Part shown: in pieces, positions 51,701 to 64,000 of the stretch
Layout: each line of letters starts with the position of its first letter
How positions within the stretch are numbered: the stretch's first letter is position 1
NCBI GenBank assembly: GCA_964035545.1
Contig: OZ037768.1
Coordinates: 620,001-684,000, forward strand
Source of the DNA: Bugula neritina
Taxonomy: Eukaryota; Animalia; Bryozoa
Length of the DNA: 64,000 bases
Reading direction: 5' to 3'
Notes under the pieces: generated by a model
Database searches by the model: none
The model's input: the letters and a program-made list of their open reading frames with translations, nothing else
What the model was told of the DNA's origin: nothing
Program-made: the position numbers and the translations under genes

Positions 51701-54700
51701 ATTCACAATAGCTTTAAATTGCATAAATTTGCATCAAAAGCGCTCTGAGGGCTTCGGCGGCCGGGGCGCTGCCCCGGACCCCGCTGGGGGCCTGGGCGGC
51801 CCCCTGGACCCCCGGCCTGAGAGTATGGCCTAGAATATTTTTGCCACTACATCCCTGTAAATAATGCTTTACTGTAGAGTATAAACTAGAAACTCATTTC
51901 TGGAGTCGTCTTTTCTCTGAGCAAACTAAATGACAATAGCAAGTAGCAAGCAACAGTCAATGGGCAACTAGCATGCTGTCGCCCTCCTATGATTGGCTGA
52001 GAATAGAGCACCTGCTGCCAGAACTCCTCCATGATGACGTGCACAAGCTGCGTACACGTAGACCAGGGCTTGTACATGGAACACAGGTCGGCAGCGGTCA
52101 TACTGTGATACATGACAGCATGTCTGCAATATACACAACGCTGACACATTTAGTGTCGTATGCTACTATATTCAGCAGACGTCTTCTGGCTGCCTGGGAG
52201 CCTCTGTGCTGTGTGAGTTTTAGAAAGGAGGGTACAGCACAATAGCTTTCTACCACCATCTCTCTACCTCCTCTTTACCACCACCCTCTCTACCGCCTCT
52301 CTCTCTACCACTCTCTACCACCACCCTCTATACCACCGCTCTCTCTCTACCACTCTCTCTACCACTCTCTACCACCACCTCTCTACCTCCTCTCTACCAC
52401 CACTCACTCCACCACCTCTCTACCACTCTCTCTACCACCACTCTACCACCACTCTCTATACCACTACCTCTCTACCACCATCTCTCTAACATTCTCTCTA
52501 CCACCTCTCTACCACCATTCAGTTCTAAAAACACTATTCTCTCTACCACCAACACCATTGGTTGTCAAAGTCACATGGTTTCTGTTGCAGGTATCAGTTC
52601 TGTACGCTACGTATCTCCGACAGAATTTGTGAAAGCTATTTTAATCTCAGCATTTACATCTTTATAAGAACTCTTTGAAAAGTAAAACATTTAAATCAAT
52701 ATTTAATCAATATTCATTGAACTGCAGAGTTAATTGATTGGTTAGTGATTAGATGGCAGAATTGGACAGAACTTAAGCATGCAACAGCAAGCATGAGAGT
52801 AGCAGGTTATTTCAGCAAAGGTCAAGGTGAACAGAGTAACAATATGAAAGAAGGTATAGCAAGACGTCACAATAACAGGTAACTATGCCATTTCAGAGTA
52901 GCTTCAAATACTTGCAGCTTGTGACTCAATACTGTGAAAAGCACCTGCAGGCACCTGCAGGCATGATCAAAGACACACCGGTTGTCAGTGCACGTGCAAG
53001 TATTTGCATGTCATTGCAAGCACCTGTAAGCCACTGCAAGCATTTGTCAGTTGTTGGCGGGTGAGTTGCGCCAATACCTGAGAATAGAACTCTTCAAAGA
53101 TAACCTGAACAGTTTCACGTTGATAGTGCCATGGCTTAGTGCTGGCACACAGGTCAGCACCTGTCATCATGACCGCTTGCAGCGTGTGCCTGTATAGATT
53201 ATGTTACATTACTCTTGATTGGCCATCCCAATACGTGAGTCGACCATACAGTACCAAGAATTCAAAACCAATATCAAGGATCAGCTCATTCAACTTTTGA
53301 ACAACAACTACTAGTTAGTATAAGTTACTAGTAACTCGTTACTAGTAGCTACTATAACTCGACTGCACCATAACTATAAATGTACAATGTTAATTTACAC
53401 ATTACTCTGGAAGTGAGATTACATGCGGAGTTATCCTACATTGCTTGGACATACAAAAGAAATGATTAATGAATTTTTAAAAAAACACCAAAAAGGTCCA
53501 GTAAACGGAGTCTGATAAAAGTGTGTCAGGTAAATAAACTCACCTGTGTTCAATGCTTTTCCAGTTGAACTCTTTGCTGTCTTGCCATTCTTTTAATTTA
53601 GCCTTGTTTCCAAAAAATAACGCTAGATCTGTGGCTAGAATGCAGTCTTTAATATACCTCAATACCTAAAAGTTTTGATCCCAGATTACAACTTCACATG
53701 AATTTATATTAGGCTTCATGCTCTCACATGCGAAGGTGGCTTTGAGCGTAAAAATCTGTATCTCCTTTTTGTTTTTCGGGTGTTGATACAGTGAATAATG
53801 TATCACATGATTGAATAATGTGCCATACTATTAAATAATGTGTCAGGCACTTAAATAATGTATCACACTATTAAATAATGTATCATACTATTAAATAAGG
53901 TATCACACTATTAAAATGACGTGTCACATTATCCTAGAGATGTTACTTTGTAGCATTCAGAACTCAAAAGATCTTTTGTTTCTCATTCTGTGTTATAAAA
54001 CTTAAATCGATGAGCAAACTGGAGTACACTTACTGACCCTTTTTTATATTTTGAATAAAATCTAATCCAGACTCACGGTTTTGTACTCTTCTGAAGTGAA
54101 TTCCTTGAGAATGTTGTGATTGTCTTGCTGGAGTATGGAGACGGTTTGGTTGAAGTGGTGGTGCTCCATGACAGACGTTGTGTAGATGGCGGCCAGTGGT
54201 GAGGCGCTCTTCACCATAAACGCATTTGTCTTTCCTCGATGATCCAAATCATGGCAGAGGCAAGCAACAAACAAGGCAAGTGACTGCAAAGGAGATAAAC
54301 TTAGTAGAGATAGTGTCAGAGTTAAAGTATGCTCACAGCGACACAAACATATCTCAGTCACATGCTACGCACTATTTAGATTTCCAACATACTTCTAGCT
54401 AACAGAATGAAGTGTGCAGAGTAAACGAGTCATTAGATGACGTATGCAGCCAGAGAGCTGGCAGTGAAAAAACAACTCTTTAAAGTTACCTCTAGTTGAG
54501 TGAAGCTATGCTCTTGTGTCTTTAGAATACAATACATGGCGTGTGCGACAGAGAAAGCGTGATCCCAGTTGTGATACGGTACCTTCCGGTAATTCTTCTT
54601 TACTGTCAGTGTGAACCTGTACAACCGACTCAAGTCAAACCTGCAGAAACAAAAAGACATACTATTGTTCAAGATCACTATATATTTCTCAAGGACACAA

Positions 54701-57700
54701 AACATTTAGCAACGACTCTGTGCGCTACTCAAGGTCATTGTGTACTACTCATAGTCACTGTGTATTACTCAAAGTCACTGTGTACTACTCAAAGTCACGG
54801 AGTACTACTCAAGGTTATTGTGTACTACTCAAGGTAACTGTGTACTATTCAAGGTCACTTCACTCACTTTTCAAGGCCGAAGAGATCTTTGAACATGTAG
54901 ACAACATGAAGAGACTTCTGCTCCTCTTCAATAGACCAGGGAGAGAAGGTGAACTTTGGAATGTCCTCCACCTGTAACAGCATCACATTTCAGTGAGCGA
55001 TACTTTTTACATAAATTCTTCTCTTTTTCTACTTGTTTTGCTGTCTACACACTAGTGATATACTGTCTATACACTAGTGATATACTGTCTATACACTAGA
55101 GATATACTGTCTATACACTAGAGATATACAGTCTACACACTAGAGATATACTGTCTACACACTAGAGATATACTGTCTAAACACTAGAGATATACTGTCT
55201 ATACACTAGAGATATACTGTCTATACACTAGTGATATACTGTCTACACACTAGTGATATACTGTCTATACACTAAAGATATATTGTCTATACACTAGAGA
55301 TATACTGTATACACACTAGAGATATACTAACCACTTACACACCACCCACCTGGCGACCACAGGGCATAGGTAAACTCTTAAGTTTAATATATTCCTCTTC
55401 ACTGCACTGATTGTGGTACGACAGCACCTCTAGGGCTACTTTGTATTTCTGTTCTGACTTTCTGATTTTATCATAGAGCTGTAACGGTATACATTAGATA
55501 AATATTTTATAGAGCTGTAACGGTATACATTAGATAAATATTTTATAGAGCTGTAACGGTATACATTAGATAAATATATCATAGAGCTGTAACGGTATAT
55601 ATTAGATAACTATATCATAGAGCTGTAACGGTATATATTAGATAAATATATCATAGAGCTGTAACGGTATACATTAGATAACTATATCGTAGAGCTGTAA
55701 CGGCATATATTGGATGAACATATCATTTATTCTATAAACATTTTCATTATATAATAATTATTTTATAATATGTAATAATGAGTATTGTAAGGCACAATAA
55801 TTCAGAGAAAACATTTACACAAAATTAAAATAAGCATTGGCGTAGCACCATGTGGATGTATGAAAATATGCAACAACGTTGAGAAGCACCTTGGCATGAT
55901 GCAGCGCTAGCCCACAATACACTGCAAACGTCTCAAAAGATTCCTCGTCTGTTTTAGTGAAAGTTCCTTGCAGCTTGTTTACCATCTGGACGACTCCAAA
56001 GATGCTGCCTCTGATCCGGATGGGCATGCAGAGGAGAGACTTAGTCTTGTATCCTGTCTTTAGGTCAACGTCCCGGTTAAACCTCTCGTCTTGATATGCA
56101 TCAGCGATGTTCAGGGTTTCCCCTGTCGTAGCCACAAACCCAGCCACACCCACGTCCATTGGAAACCTGCCAAAAATTTAATCATGAGAGGAAAACTGCA
56201 GCAAATAGTAACAGTAAAAGAATAAAGCTAAAATGATTATTATATTATGCTGTATTATATTATATTGCTACGTGTATTATATAGTATAATATTGTGCTTC
56301 AATATTAATATTATATTGTTTTAGTATTATACTTTCATTTTATGACATTTCTATATCATCATATAGATATGCTATCATATCATATCATCATATAGATATG
56401 CTATCATATCATATCATCATATAGATATGCTATCATATCATATCATCATATAGATATGCTATCATATCATATCATCATATAGATATGCTATCATATCATA
56501 TCATCATATAGATATGCTATCATATCATATCATCATATAGATATGCTATCATATCATATCATCATATAGATATGCTATCATATCATATCACCATATAGAT
56601 ATGCTATCATATCATATCATCATATAGATATGCTATCATATCATATCATATCATCATATAGATATGCTATCATATCATATCATCATATAGATATGCTATC
56701 ATATCATATCACCATATAGATATGCTATTATATCATATCATATCATCATATAGATATGCTATCATATCATATCATCATATAGATATGCTATTATATCATA
56801 TCATATCATCATATAGATATGCTATCATATCATATCACCATATAGATATGCTATCATATCATATCATCATATAGATATGCTATCATATCATATCATATCA
56901 TATCACAGTACCTGATCTCCTTGGCGCAAGGGTTCGACTCATGGGCAGACGATCCCGTGTCAAATATTCTAGCATACAGTTCCTTAGTCACTGTGTCCAG
57001 GAGAAAGAGGGATGCTCTGTCAGCCCTCACCAATCTTTTAGCAAAGTCCTAACAATAAAATACTAATAGTACAGGCTAATAGTAATAATATAAGCTAATA
57101 GTACTAGTACAGGCTAATGGTAATAATATGTAGGCTAATAGTACTAGTACAGGCTAATAGTAATAATATAAGCTAATAGTAATAATATAAGCTAATGGTA
57201 ATAGTACAGGCTAATAGAAATATAACAGGCTAATGGTAATAGTATAAGCTAATAGTAATAATATCTAGGCTAATGGTAATAGTACAGGCTAATAGTAATA
57301 ATATAAGCTAATAGTAATAATATAAGCTAATGGTAATAGTACAGGCTAATAGAAATATAACAGGCTAATGGTAATAGTATAAGCTAATAGTAATAATATC
57401 TAGGCTAATGGTAATAGTACTAGTTTAGGCTAATATATTATTGCTATAATAAAAGTATACATTAAGATACCCACCATTATCTTCATGATCACTGTATCCA
57501 TACTGACGATGTCTTGAAATATATTCCTGAAATATCACAAATGATAACAAAATAAAATTTAAGTAATAAAAGAAAATTATCTGCTCACATTGTTGAGAAA
57601 TTCACTTGTCAGCCAATCATATCAGTTGTTAGAGAATAGAACACAAGACTTACTTAGTCACAGCCAATCATAGCGGTTGTTAGAGAACAGCACATAAGAC

Positions 57701-60700
57701 TTACTTAGTCACAGCTAGGAGAAACTCATTAAGCTTGCGCTGTCTCGCCACATCACTCTGTAGCTGTAACAGTTTTCAAAATTAGATTTAGTGACAATAA
57801 ATTCATCAAACTTATTATTTTTAAAATTAAATGCAGTCTACACTGTAGGCATTGAGGATATTAAAAACTGATATCGCAATGCAGCTACTGATTTGCTACT
57901 AACTCGCTACTAACTCGCTACTAACTCGCTACTAACTCGCTACTAACTCGCTACTAACTCGCTACTAACTCGCTACTAACTCGCTACTAACTCGCTACTA
58001 ACTCGCTACTAACTCGCTACTAACTGGCTACTAACTGGCTACTAACTCGCTACTAACTCGCTACTAACTCGCTACTAACTCGCTACTAACTCGCTACTAA
58101 CTCGCTACTAACTCGCTACTAACTCGCTACTAACTCGCTACTAACTCGCTACTAACTCGCTACTAACTCTCTACTAACTCTCTACTAACTCGCTACTAAC
58201 TCGCTACTAACTCGCTACTAACTCGCTACTAACTCGCTACTATAACTCGCTACTAACTCGCTACTAACTCGCTACTAACTCGCTACTAACTCGCTACTAA
58301 CTCGCTACTAACTCGCTACTAACTCGCTACTAACTCGCTACTAACTCGCTACTAACTCGCTACTAACTCGCTACTAACTCGCTACTCTAGCTCTCAAAGT
58401 AACACATGAATAGTAAATATAGCTGTGCTCTTCCTTTAATTACGTGCAGTTAGAAAGTGAAATAGAAAGACAGCAAATAACATATAAAAGTTGATACATG
58501 TCTCAATAGTCAGCACTGTATAGGAGCAGAATCAGTGTATCTTTGACATTGTGCTATCTTATAACAAATTATCTGCATGTTTATACTTTTTAGCTCATGA
58601 GCTTTAATTCAGTGGTTCACTTTTACTAATTCACATGTATATTACTGATCAAATATGTATTATTCCAGCTGCTTATTTTGAAATATTGTTAATAACAACA
58701 AAAGTAGAGTTACAATGTTATAAAACATGACTCTGAAGTACTCTCAATAGTATTTGTACAACAGAAGTTTAGCCAGATTGTATTTATATAAATTGAACTA
58801 TTTTATATAATAAATGACAAAAAATTTCTCAAGTCTAATTAAACATAATGCCATGATAAGTTAACTTCAATGTACATTGATTCAATGACTCATATCTGAA
58901 GATGCATGAGTTTAGACCACTGAGACATGCATGGGTAACAGTAACAAAGCGTTAGTACGGGAGTAAATTATTCCAAATAACTTCTACAGAAATGTTGCTG
59001 TCTGTTTTATTTTTCCTTCGAAATTGAAGTTACTAATTTAATGATTGAATGAGAGAAACTGATTTGAAGTACCTCAGTGTAGTTGGAAGCTATACTCCCC
59101 CACAGAATAATGCTGCCGCTCGTCTAGACAAAAGAAAAATAGTTAATTAAATTTCATATTAAGAAAAGCATTGCATTGAGGTGTGCAAGGAAAACTGGGT
59201 TTCAAAATGAACGGCAGCATCGGTTTCAGACAGCAGCGCAAGAACTACTAGACAGCTAAGCAAATCAGAGTGCTAGACTATCTATTCACACAAAAGTTAG
59301 GGCAGCACGCGACAAACGTGTAAACACAGTATCATGGCAACCAACAGCTCAGACATGGTTGCCATGACAACAGACTGCAGACGTGTAAACACAGAATCAT
59401 GGCCAAATGCTGCCGACGCCTAAATTACCTGGATACTTCTAAATAGGACCAAAGACCAGCCGTTAAACGCTGCCACCACCTTAGGAAAACAATGATACAT
59501 ATGTATGTAGACTGATAGTCAGCGTTACAATAGTGTAGAGTGCTGTGAAACCAGAGAATGTGCGGAAAACACATGCTGAAATAAATGTATATATATTTAT
59601 ATATATCTATCAATAACACTTTGCATTGAGCAAAGTTTCTCTGATAATCTGAACAGGAAATGGTGTTAGACGAGTTTAATGAGTCACAAGTGCAGATATG
59701 ATTGGGTGTTCCTATTGCATCTGCTAATGGTTGATTGGCCAGATCAGCACTGCTCTCCTAATGTCATCACAAGTATTATTGGTCAAAATGATGTAACACT
59801 GAAAGCCGTTGGTGTAAAACTAAGCTGTTTGGGAATGGATCAAAACTCAATTCAATATAGTCAGTGACCTTTAACTCAACACAAGTAACTGTTTATAAGT
59901 TCAAAAGTGTAATTGAGGTACATGTCGTGTTTTCAGCTATGAAGCCTCTATCCCTGATAATCTGATTGCTACAAGCTTGTGGAAATAAAGCAGTTATGCT
60001 TAGACAAATAGTTATTTGACTAGTAAAATTCTCTTATTTTCAATCAGGTGGGAATCAAACAAATCTCAAGATTAGCTAAGTTTTTAGTGTTACTATTTTT
60101 CTTTAAATCAAATTGGTATTTGATTGATTGAAAAGGCAGGTATACTGAGTACCATGACATCTAAAGGTTGCTCTGCCTGATCACTCTTCCTGGTTGCTAG
60201 TTCTTGGGAAGTGGGATCAATTTATAGAGGAACAAAATATGTTCGCTTCCCTTAAAGTTTGTTGTTACTCAGGCTAATTTATATGTAGCTAGAAAGGACA
60301 ACTCCCAATGACTACAGAGGTACCATTTTATTAACTCTAATATTTCTATCCTTTAGATTTCAGTCTAATCCTTTAAGTTGGTTAAGAAGTAAAGTGCATT
60401 TAGAATGTCAATAACCAAGGCTAGGCTACATGAGAAAGTAACTCCATAACATTAGTACCTGTTCATCCATTTCTGTGAAGGGTGCACGACCTTCTCTCCG
60501 GTATAACTCCACAACCCCTGGAATAATATAAAGTATAATATAGTAAGCTGTGCAGACGTCTGCAAGCTGATGTTCTGCTGTAGAATGACTCACTCACCAG
60601 TAACTCTGTCATCAGAGTCCAGTATAGGTTGAGCCAGAACCGAGTGTATCTGTCCATTCATGTGATCTATACCAAGTGGGTGTTTCCTGTCAGCCTACAA

Positions 60701-62098
60701 CACAAAGTCCTTGAACTCATACAGTTCAATAAGCAGACAACACGCAGGTAACCAAGTTTAGTTTTACTCTTGTGTTCCTTACTATAGTGTTTATAGCAAA
60801 ATACTGATGCTGATTTCAAGTTACATGACTGTGAGTTGAAATAGTAAACTTTATCACCAACATTTTTGGTTCGGACATATTACTTCCACTTAAAAACTGT
60901 CCATTTGTAAGTTGACTAAAAATGTAAAACTAAACTGCAATTCTTAAGGATGCAGATATTAAAAAATTACAGTAAGCGATCAATAATAAAATTATGACAA
61001 ATCAATTGAAGTTGAAGCAAACTTTACCTCTTGAGAAAAGAGAAAACCTTGGTCCAGTTTCTCCAACTGTTTAATTATTATGATTGCAACATTACTACAG
61101 GAAATCCGTGAATCAGACTAAGGAAATCCCATAACAAAAACTCTTTTTATATATTTACTTAGTGAACCGACTTTTTAAATTGCAACCACAATGAAATAGC
61201 AAGTAGCATTTAACAGAGATGAAAACACTAGCGAGTTGAGTTGGCCGATAAGATAATTGCACTGAGTTCTCCACTCACTCACAATGATGTCTAATGTACT
61301 CACTAGGGAGGCTGCATTTTGTATGCGTATACACTTTCTACACCAAGCTGCATATGCCGAGAGGGTGTGACCCGGGCCAACCGGCTGTGAAAATGTCGTA
61401 ACAGAATGTCTAAAAAATGAAATCTTAAGTTAGCAAATCGAGCTGATAAAGTATAGCAGATGTTAGTCATATGTAAGTAAATTAGATTCTTCCCATTATT
61501 CCATATACTGAGATCCTAGCTAATTTTTTACAAGATTATATCAAATAACAATTTAGAAGGTTACTGGATCTGTGCGTTGCCTTCTTATAATACCATTGAT
61601 CTCTATAGAAATACTGAGTCAAATAGTACAAAAGTTGTCTACTTAATTTTCAGTTTGCTACAAATCAATGCAAATAGTATTCCAGCAAACAACTTAACTT
61701 AGTTATCATTAAAATAGGCTTGACTTACTCTTTAGCTGAAGAGGAAACAAAGTTGATGATACGGCTGTCTTCTGTGACAAGGTACAGGTTATATCCGTCT
61801 GCTGCTGTTGCTATGAAACAAAATAACAAATAGTTTGCCAGAGAGGGCAGTTCTGTTTCTAGCAAGAAAATTAAATTCTTTGCTTTTCACAACAACAAAT
61901 CAAAACGAAAGTTTCTGTGTTGTCTAAAATGTTGTCTGAATATACAAGATATACAACATTATTACATTACAGCAGTTTCTTAGAACTAGTATTACCTGTG
62001 GACACTGATGACGCCAGCTCCTCCAGTAGCTTCACTTGGTTGGTTTTCTCGTGCACATTTTTGAGCAGTTTTTGAATGTGTATTCTTTTATCCTTGGC
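48750..62098 (-). CDS. PDE10A: GAF-domain cyclic nucleotide phosphodiesterase, PDE10A-like (5' end probably beyond right edge)
   Basis: GAF-B motifs [36 protein letters not shown] and GVVQMVNK. Catalytic motifs [60 protein letters not shown]|VGFI. Stop 48750. Most upstream exon identified is 61996-62098. Confidence 0.88.
49998..51857. mobile_element. Non-autonomous hAT-type DNA transposon (1860 bp) in a PDE10A intron
   Basis: Perfect 16-bp TIRs CAGGGATGTAGTGGCA / TGCCACTACATCCCTG; perfect 8-bp TSD TAAATAAT (49990-49997, 51858-51865); subterminal CCATACG/CGTATGG motifs; GC-rich subterminal block 51749-51820; no transposase ORF. Confidence 0.92.
52012..52123 (-). CDS. PDE10A: PDE10A catalytic-domain alternative exon B (112 nt)
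   Basis: tattgcag|...|gtgctc; [37 protein letters not shown]; phase 2 to phase 0. Confidence 0.82.
53078..53189 (-). CDS. PDE10A: PDE10A catalytic-domain alternative exon A (112 nt)
   Basis: ctatacag|...|gtattg; [37 protein letters not shown]; phase 2 to phase 0. Confidence 0.87.
55040..55328. repeat. 22-bp minisatellite (TACTGTCTATACACTAGAGATA), ~13 copies
   Basis: Direct tandem copies in a PDE10A intron. Confidence 0.95.
55471..55720 (-). repeat. 36-bp acceptor-spanning tandem repeat, 7 copies
   Basis: Minus strand: ...taccgttacag|CTCTAT repeated every 36 nt; the last copy opens exon LYDKIRKSE. Confidence 0.93.
56352..56905. repeat. 29-bp minisatellite (ATATAGATATGCTATCATATCATATCATC), ~18 copies
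   Basis: Direct tandem copies beginning a few nt inside a PDE10A donor. Confidence 0.95.
57060..57435. repeat. Compound GCTAATAGTAATA-type minisatellite filling a PDE10A intron
   Basis: Variable 18-25-nt units with a larger block duplication. Confidence 0.88.
57895..58386. repeat. 11-bp minisatellite (CTACTAACTCG), ~44 copies
   Basis: Near-perfect tandem copies. Confidence 0.97.
59073..59123 (-). CDS. PDE10A: PDE10A GAF-linker exon B (51 nt)
   Basis: ttgtctag|[17 protein letters not shown]|gtactt; phase 0-0. Confidence 0.75.
59429..59479 (-). CDS. PDE10A: PDE10A GAF-linker exon A (51 nt)
   Basis: ttgttttcctaag|[17 protein letters not shown]|gtaatt; phase 0-0; same length and Trp position as 59073-59123. 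Confidence 0.68.
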
Positions 62099-62437
62099 CT
62101 AGCAAAATGTATACGGCAAGAATGAAACACAGAAACTATGGCAGCTTAGTGACTTCTTGACCATACAAACATGGCACCATGATGCAACGAGTGCAAACTT
62201 ATGATTCTGCTTAAAACCACGATTCCTTAAAAGTATACTCACAAAAAATATACAAAGTTCGATTTTTATTTACTAGAAATGTGTTAAGAGCCATCTCCTT
62301 GGTGCACAATGCTTGTTCAAGCTTTTAATAGTTTAGGTGAGCAAAAACATTTTAATTAATATTTCAGTTTTATTCCACATTTACTTTTTACTCCTCTCTA
62401 ACTTCAGACTATATCATAAGATGTTTTAGTATTTGAC

Positions 62438-63852
62438 ATACTAAACTTAGACTTGGGGTATACTAGACTTAGACTTGAGGTATACTAGACTTAGACTTGA
62501 GGTATTCTAGACTTAGACTTGAGGTATACTAGACTTAGACTTGAGTTATTCTAGACTTAGACTTGGGGTAAACTAGACTTAGACTTAGGGTATACTAGAC
62601 TTAGACTTGAGGTATACTAGACTTAGACTTGAGGTAAACTAGACTTAGACTTGAGGTATACTAGACTTAGACTTGGGGTAAACTAGACTTAGACTTGAGG
62701 TATACTAGACTTAGACTTGAGGTATACTAGACTTAGACTTGGGGTACACTAGACTTAGACTTGCGGTAAACTAGACTTAGACTTGAGGTATACTAGACTT
62801 AGACTTGAGGTATACTAAACTTAGACTTGAGGTATACTAGACTTAGACTTGAGGTATACTAGACTTAGACTTGAGGTATACTAAACTTAGACTTGGGGTA
62901 TACTAGACTTAGACTTGAGGTATACTAGACTTAGACTTGAGGTATTCTAGACTTAGACTTGAGGTATACTAGACTTAGACTTGAGTTATTCTAGACTTAG
63001 ACTTGGGGTAAACTAGACTTAGACTTGAGGTATACTAGACTTAGACTTGAGGTATACTAGACTTAGACTTGGGGTACACTAGACTTAGACTTGCGGTAAA
63101 CTAGACTTAGACTTGAGGTATACTAGACTTAGACTTGAGGTATACTAAACTTAGACTTGAGGTATACTAGACTTAGACTTGAGGTATACTAGACTTAGAC
63201 TTGAGGTATACTAGACTTAGACTTGAGGTATACTAGACTTAGACTTGAGGTATACTAAACTTAGACTTGAGGTATACTAAACTTAGACTTGAGGTATACT
63301 AAACTTAGACTTGAGGTATACTAGACTTAGACTTGAGGTATACTAGACTTAGACTTGAGGTATACTAGACTTAGACTTGGGGTATACTAGACTTAGACTT
63401 GAGGTATACTAGACTTAGACTTAGGGTATACTAGACTTAGACTTGAGGTATACTAGACTTAGACTTGAGGTATACTAGACTTAGACTTGAGGTATACTAG
63501 ACTTAGACTTGAGGTATACTAGACTTAGACTTGAGGTATACTAGACTTAGACTTGAGGTATACTAGACTTAGACTTGAGGTATACTAGACTTAGACTTGA
63601 GGTATACTAAACTTAGATTTGAGGTATACTAAACTTAGACTTGAGGTATACTAGACTTAGACTTGAGGTATACTAGACTTAGACTTGAGGTATACTAAAC
63701 TTAGACTTGGGGTATACTAGACTTAGACTTGAGGTATACTAAACTTAGACTTGGGGTATACTAGACTTAGACTTGAGGTATTCTAGACTTAGACTTGAGG
63801 TATTCTAGACTTAGACTTGCGGTATTCTAGACTTAGACTTGAGGTAAACTAG
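62438..63852. repeat. 22-bp minisatellite (TACTAGACTTAGACTTGAGGTA), ~64 copies
   Basis: Direct tandem copies, presumably in a PDE10A intron. Confidence 0.97.
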
Positions 63853-64000
63853 GTTAAACTTTATTTACAATTCAGTTTCTCCAAAACCGTTTCAACTCGA
63901 AAAGATGACTCACTGACTGTTATTACACAAGTTTCTTGTAATATTCTAGACAACAGGCAGTAATAGCATTACGTAGCTCTATTTCTGAGCTCATATGTTA

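Noticed and set aside
29185-63852. CRISPR-like arrays
   Set aside because: Units are contiguous with no unique spacers, there are no cas genes, and the context is eukaryotic and spliced.

Overview
AT-rich, intron-dense animal genomic DNA. It looks like an invertebrate, probably a lophotrochozoan; the taxon is not determinable from the sequence. Nine spliced protein-coding genes were reconstructed by hand from GT-AG boundaries and reading phase: MED23 (-, runs off the left edge), an aldo-keto reductase (-), MTERF3 (+), a 54-aa TOM6-like microprotein (-, missed by the ORF track), an arrestin-domain protein (+), GALNS (-), STK36/Fused (+), an M6PR/ATG27-like type I membrane protein (-) and a PDE10A-like GAF-PDE (-, 5' end beyond the right edge). 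There is also a 1.86-kb non-autonomous hAT-type element, a ~0.68-kb MITE and a tRNA-Met-derived relic. Two themes stand out. (1) Many introns contain, or consist almost entirely of, tandem repeats whose unit is the exon-intron junction itself, giving arrays of decoy splice sites; the extreme case is 133 in-frame copies of a 24-bp donor unit in STK36. (2) Three candidate mutually exclusive exon pairs alter functionally central segments: one in GALNS and two in PDE10A (GAF linker and catalytic pocket). Gene names rest on my recognition of protein motifs, not on a database search, and none of the splicing has been confirmed by RNA data.
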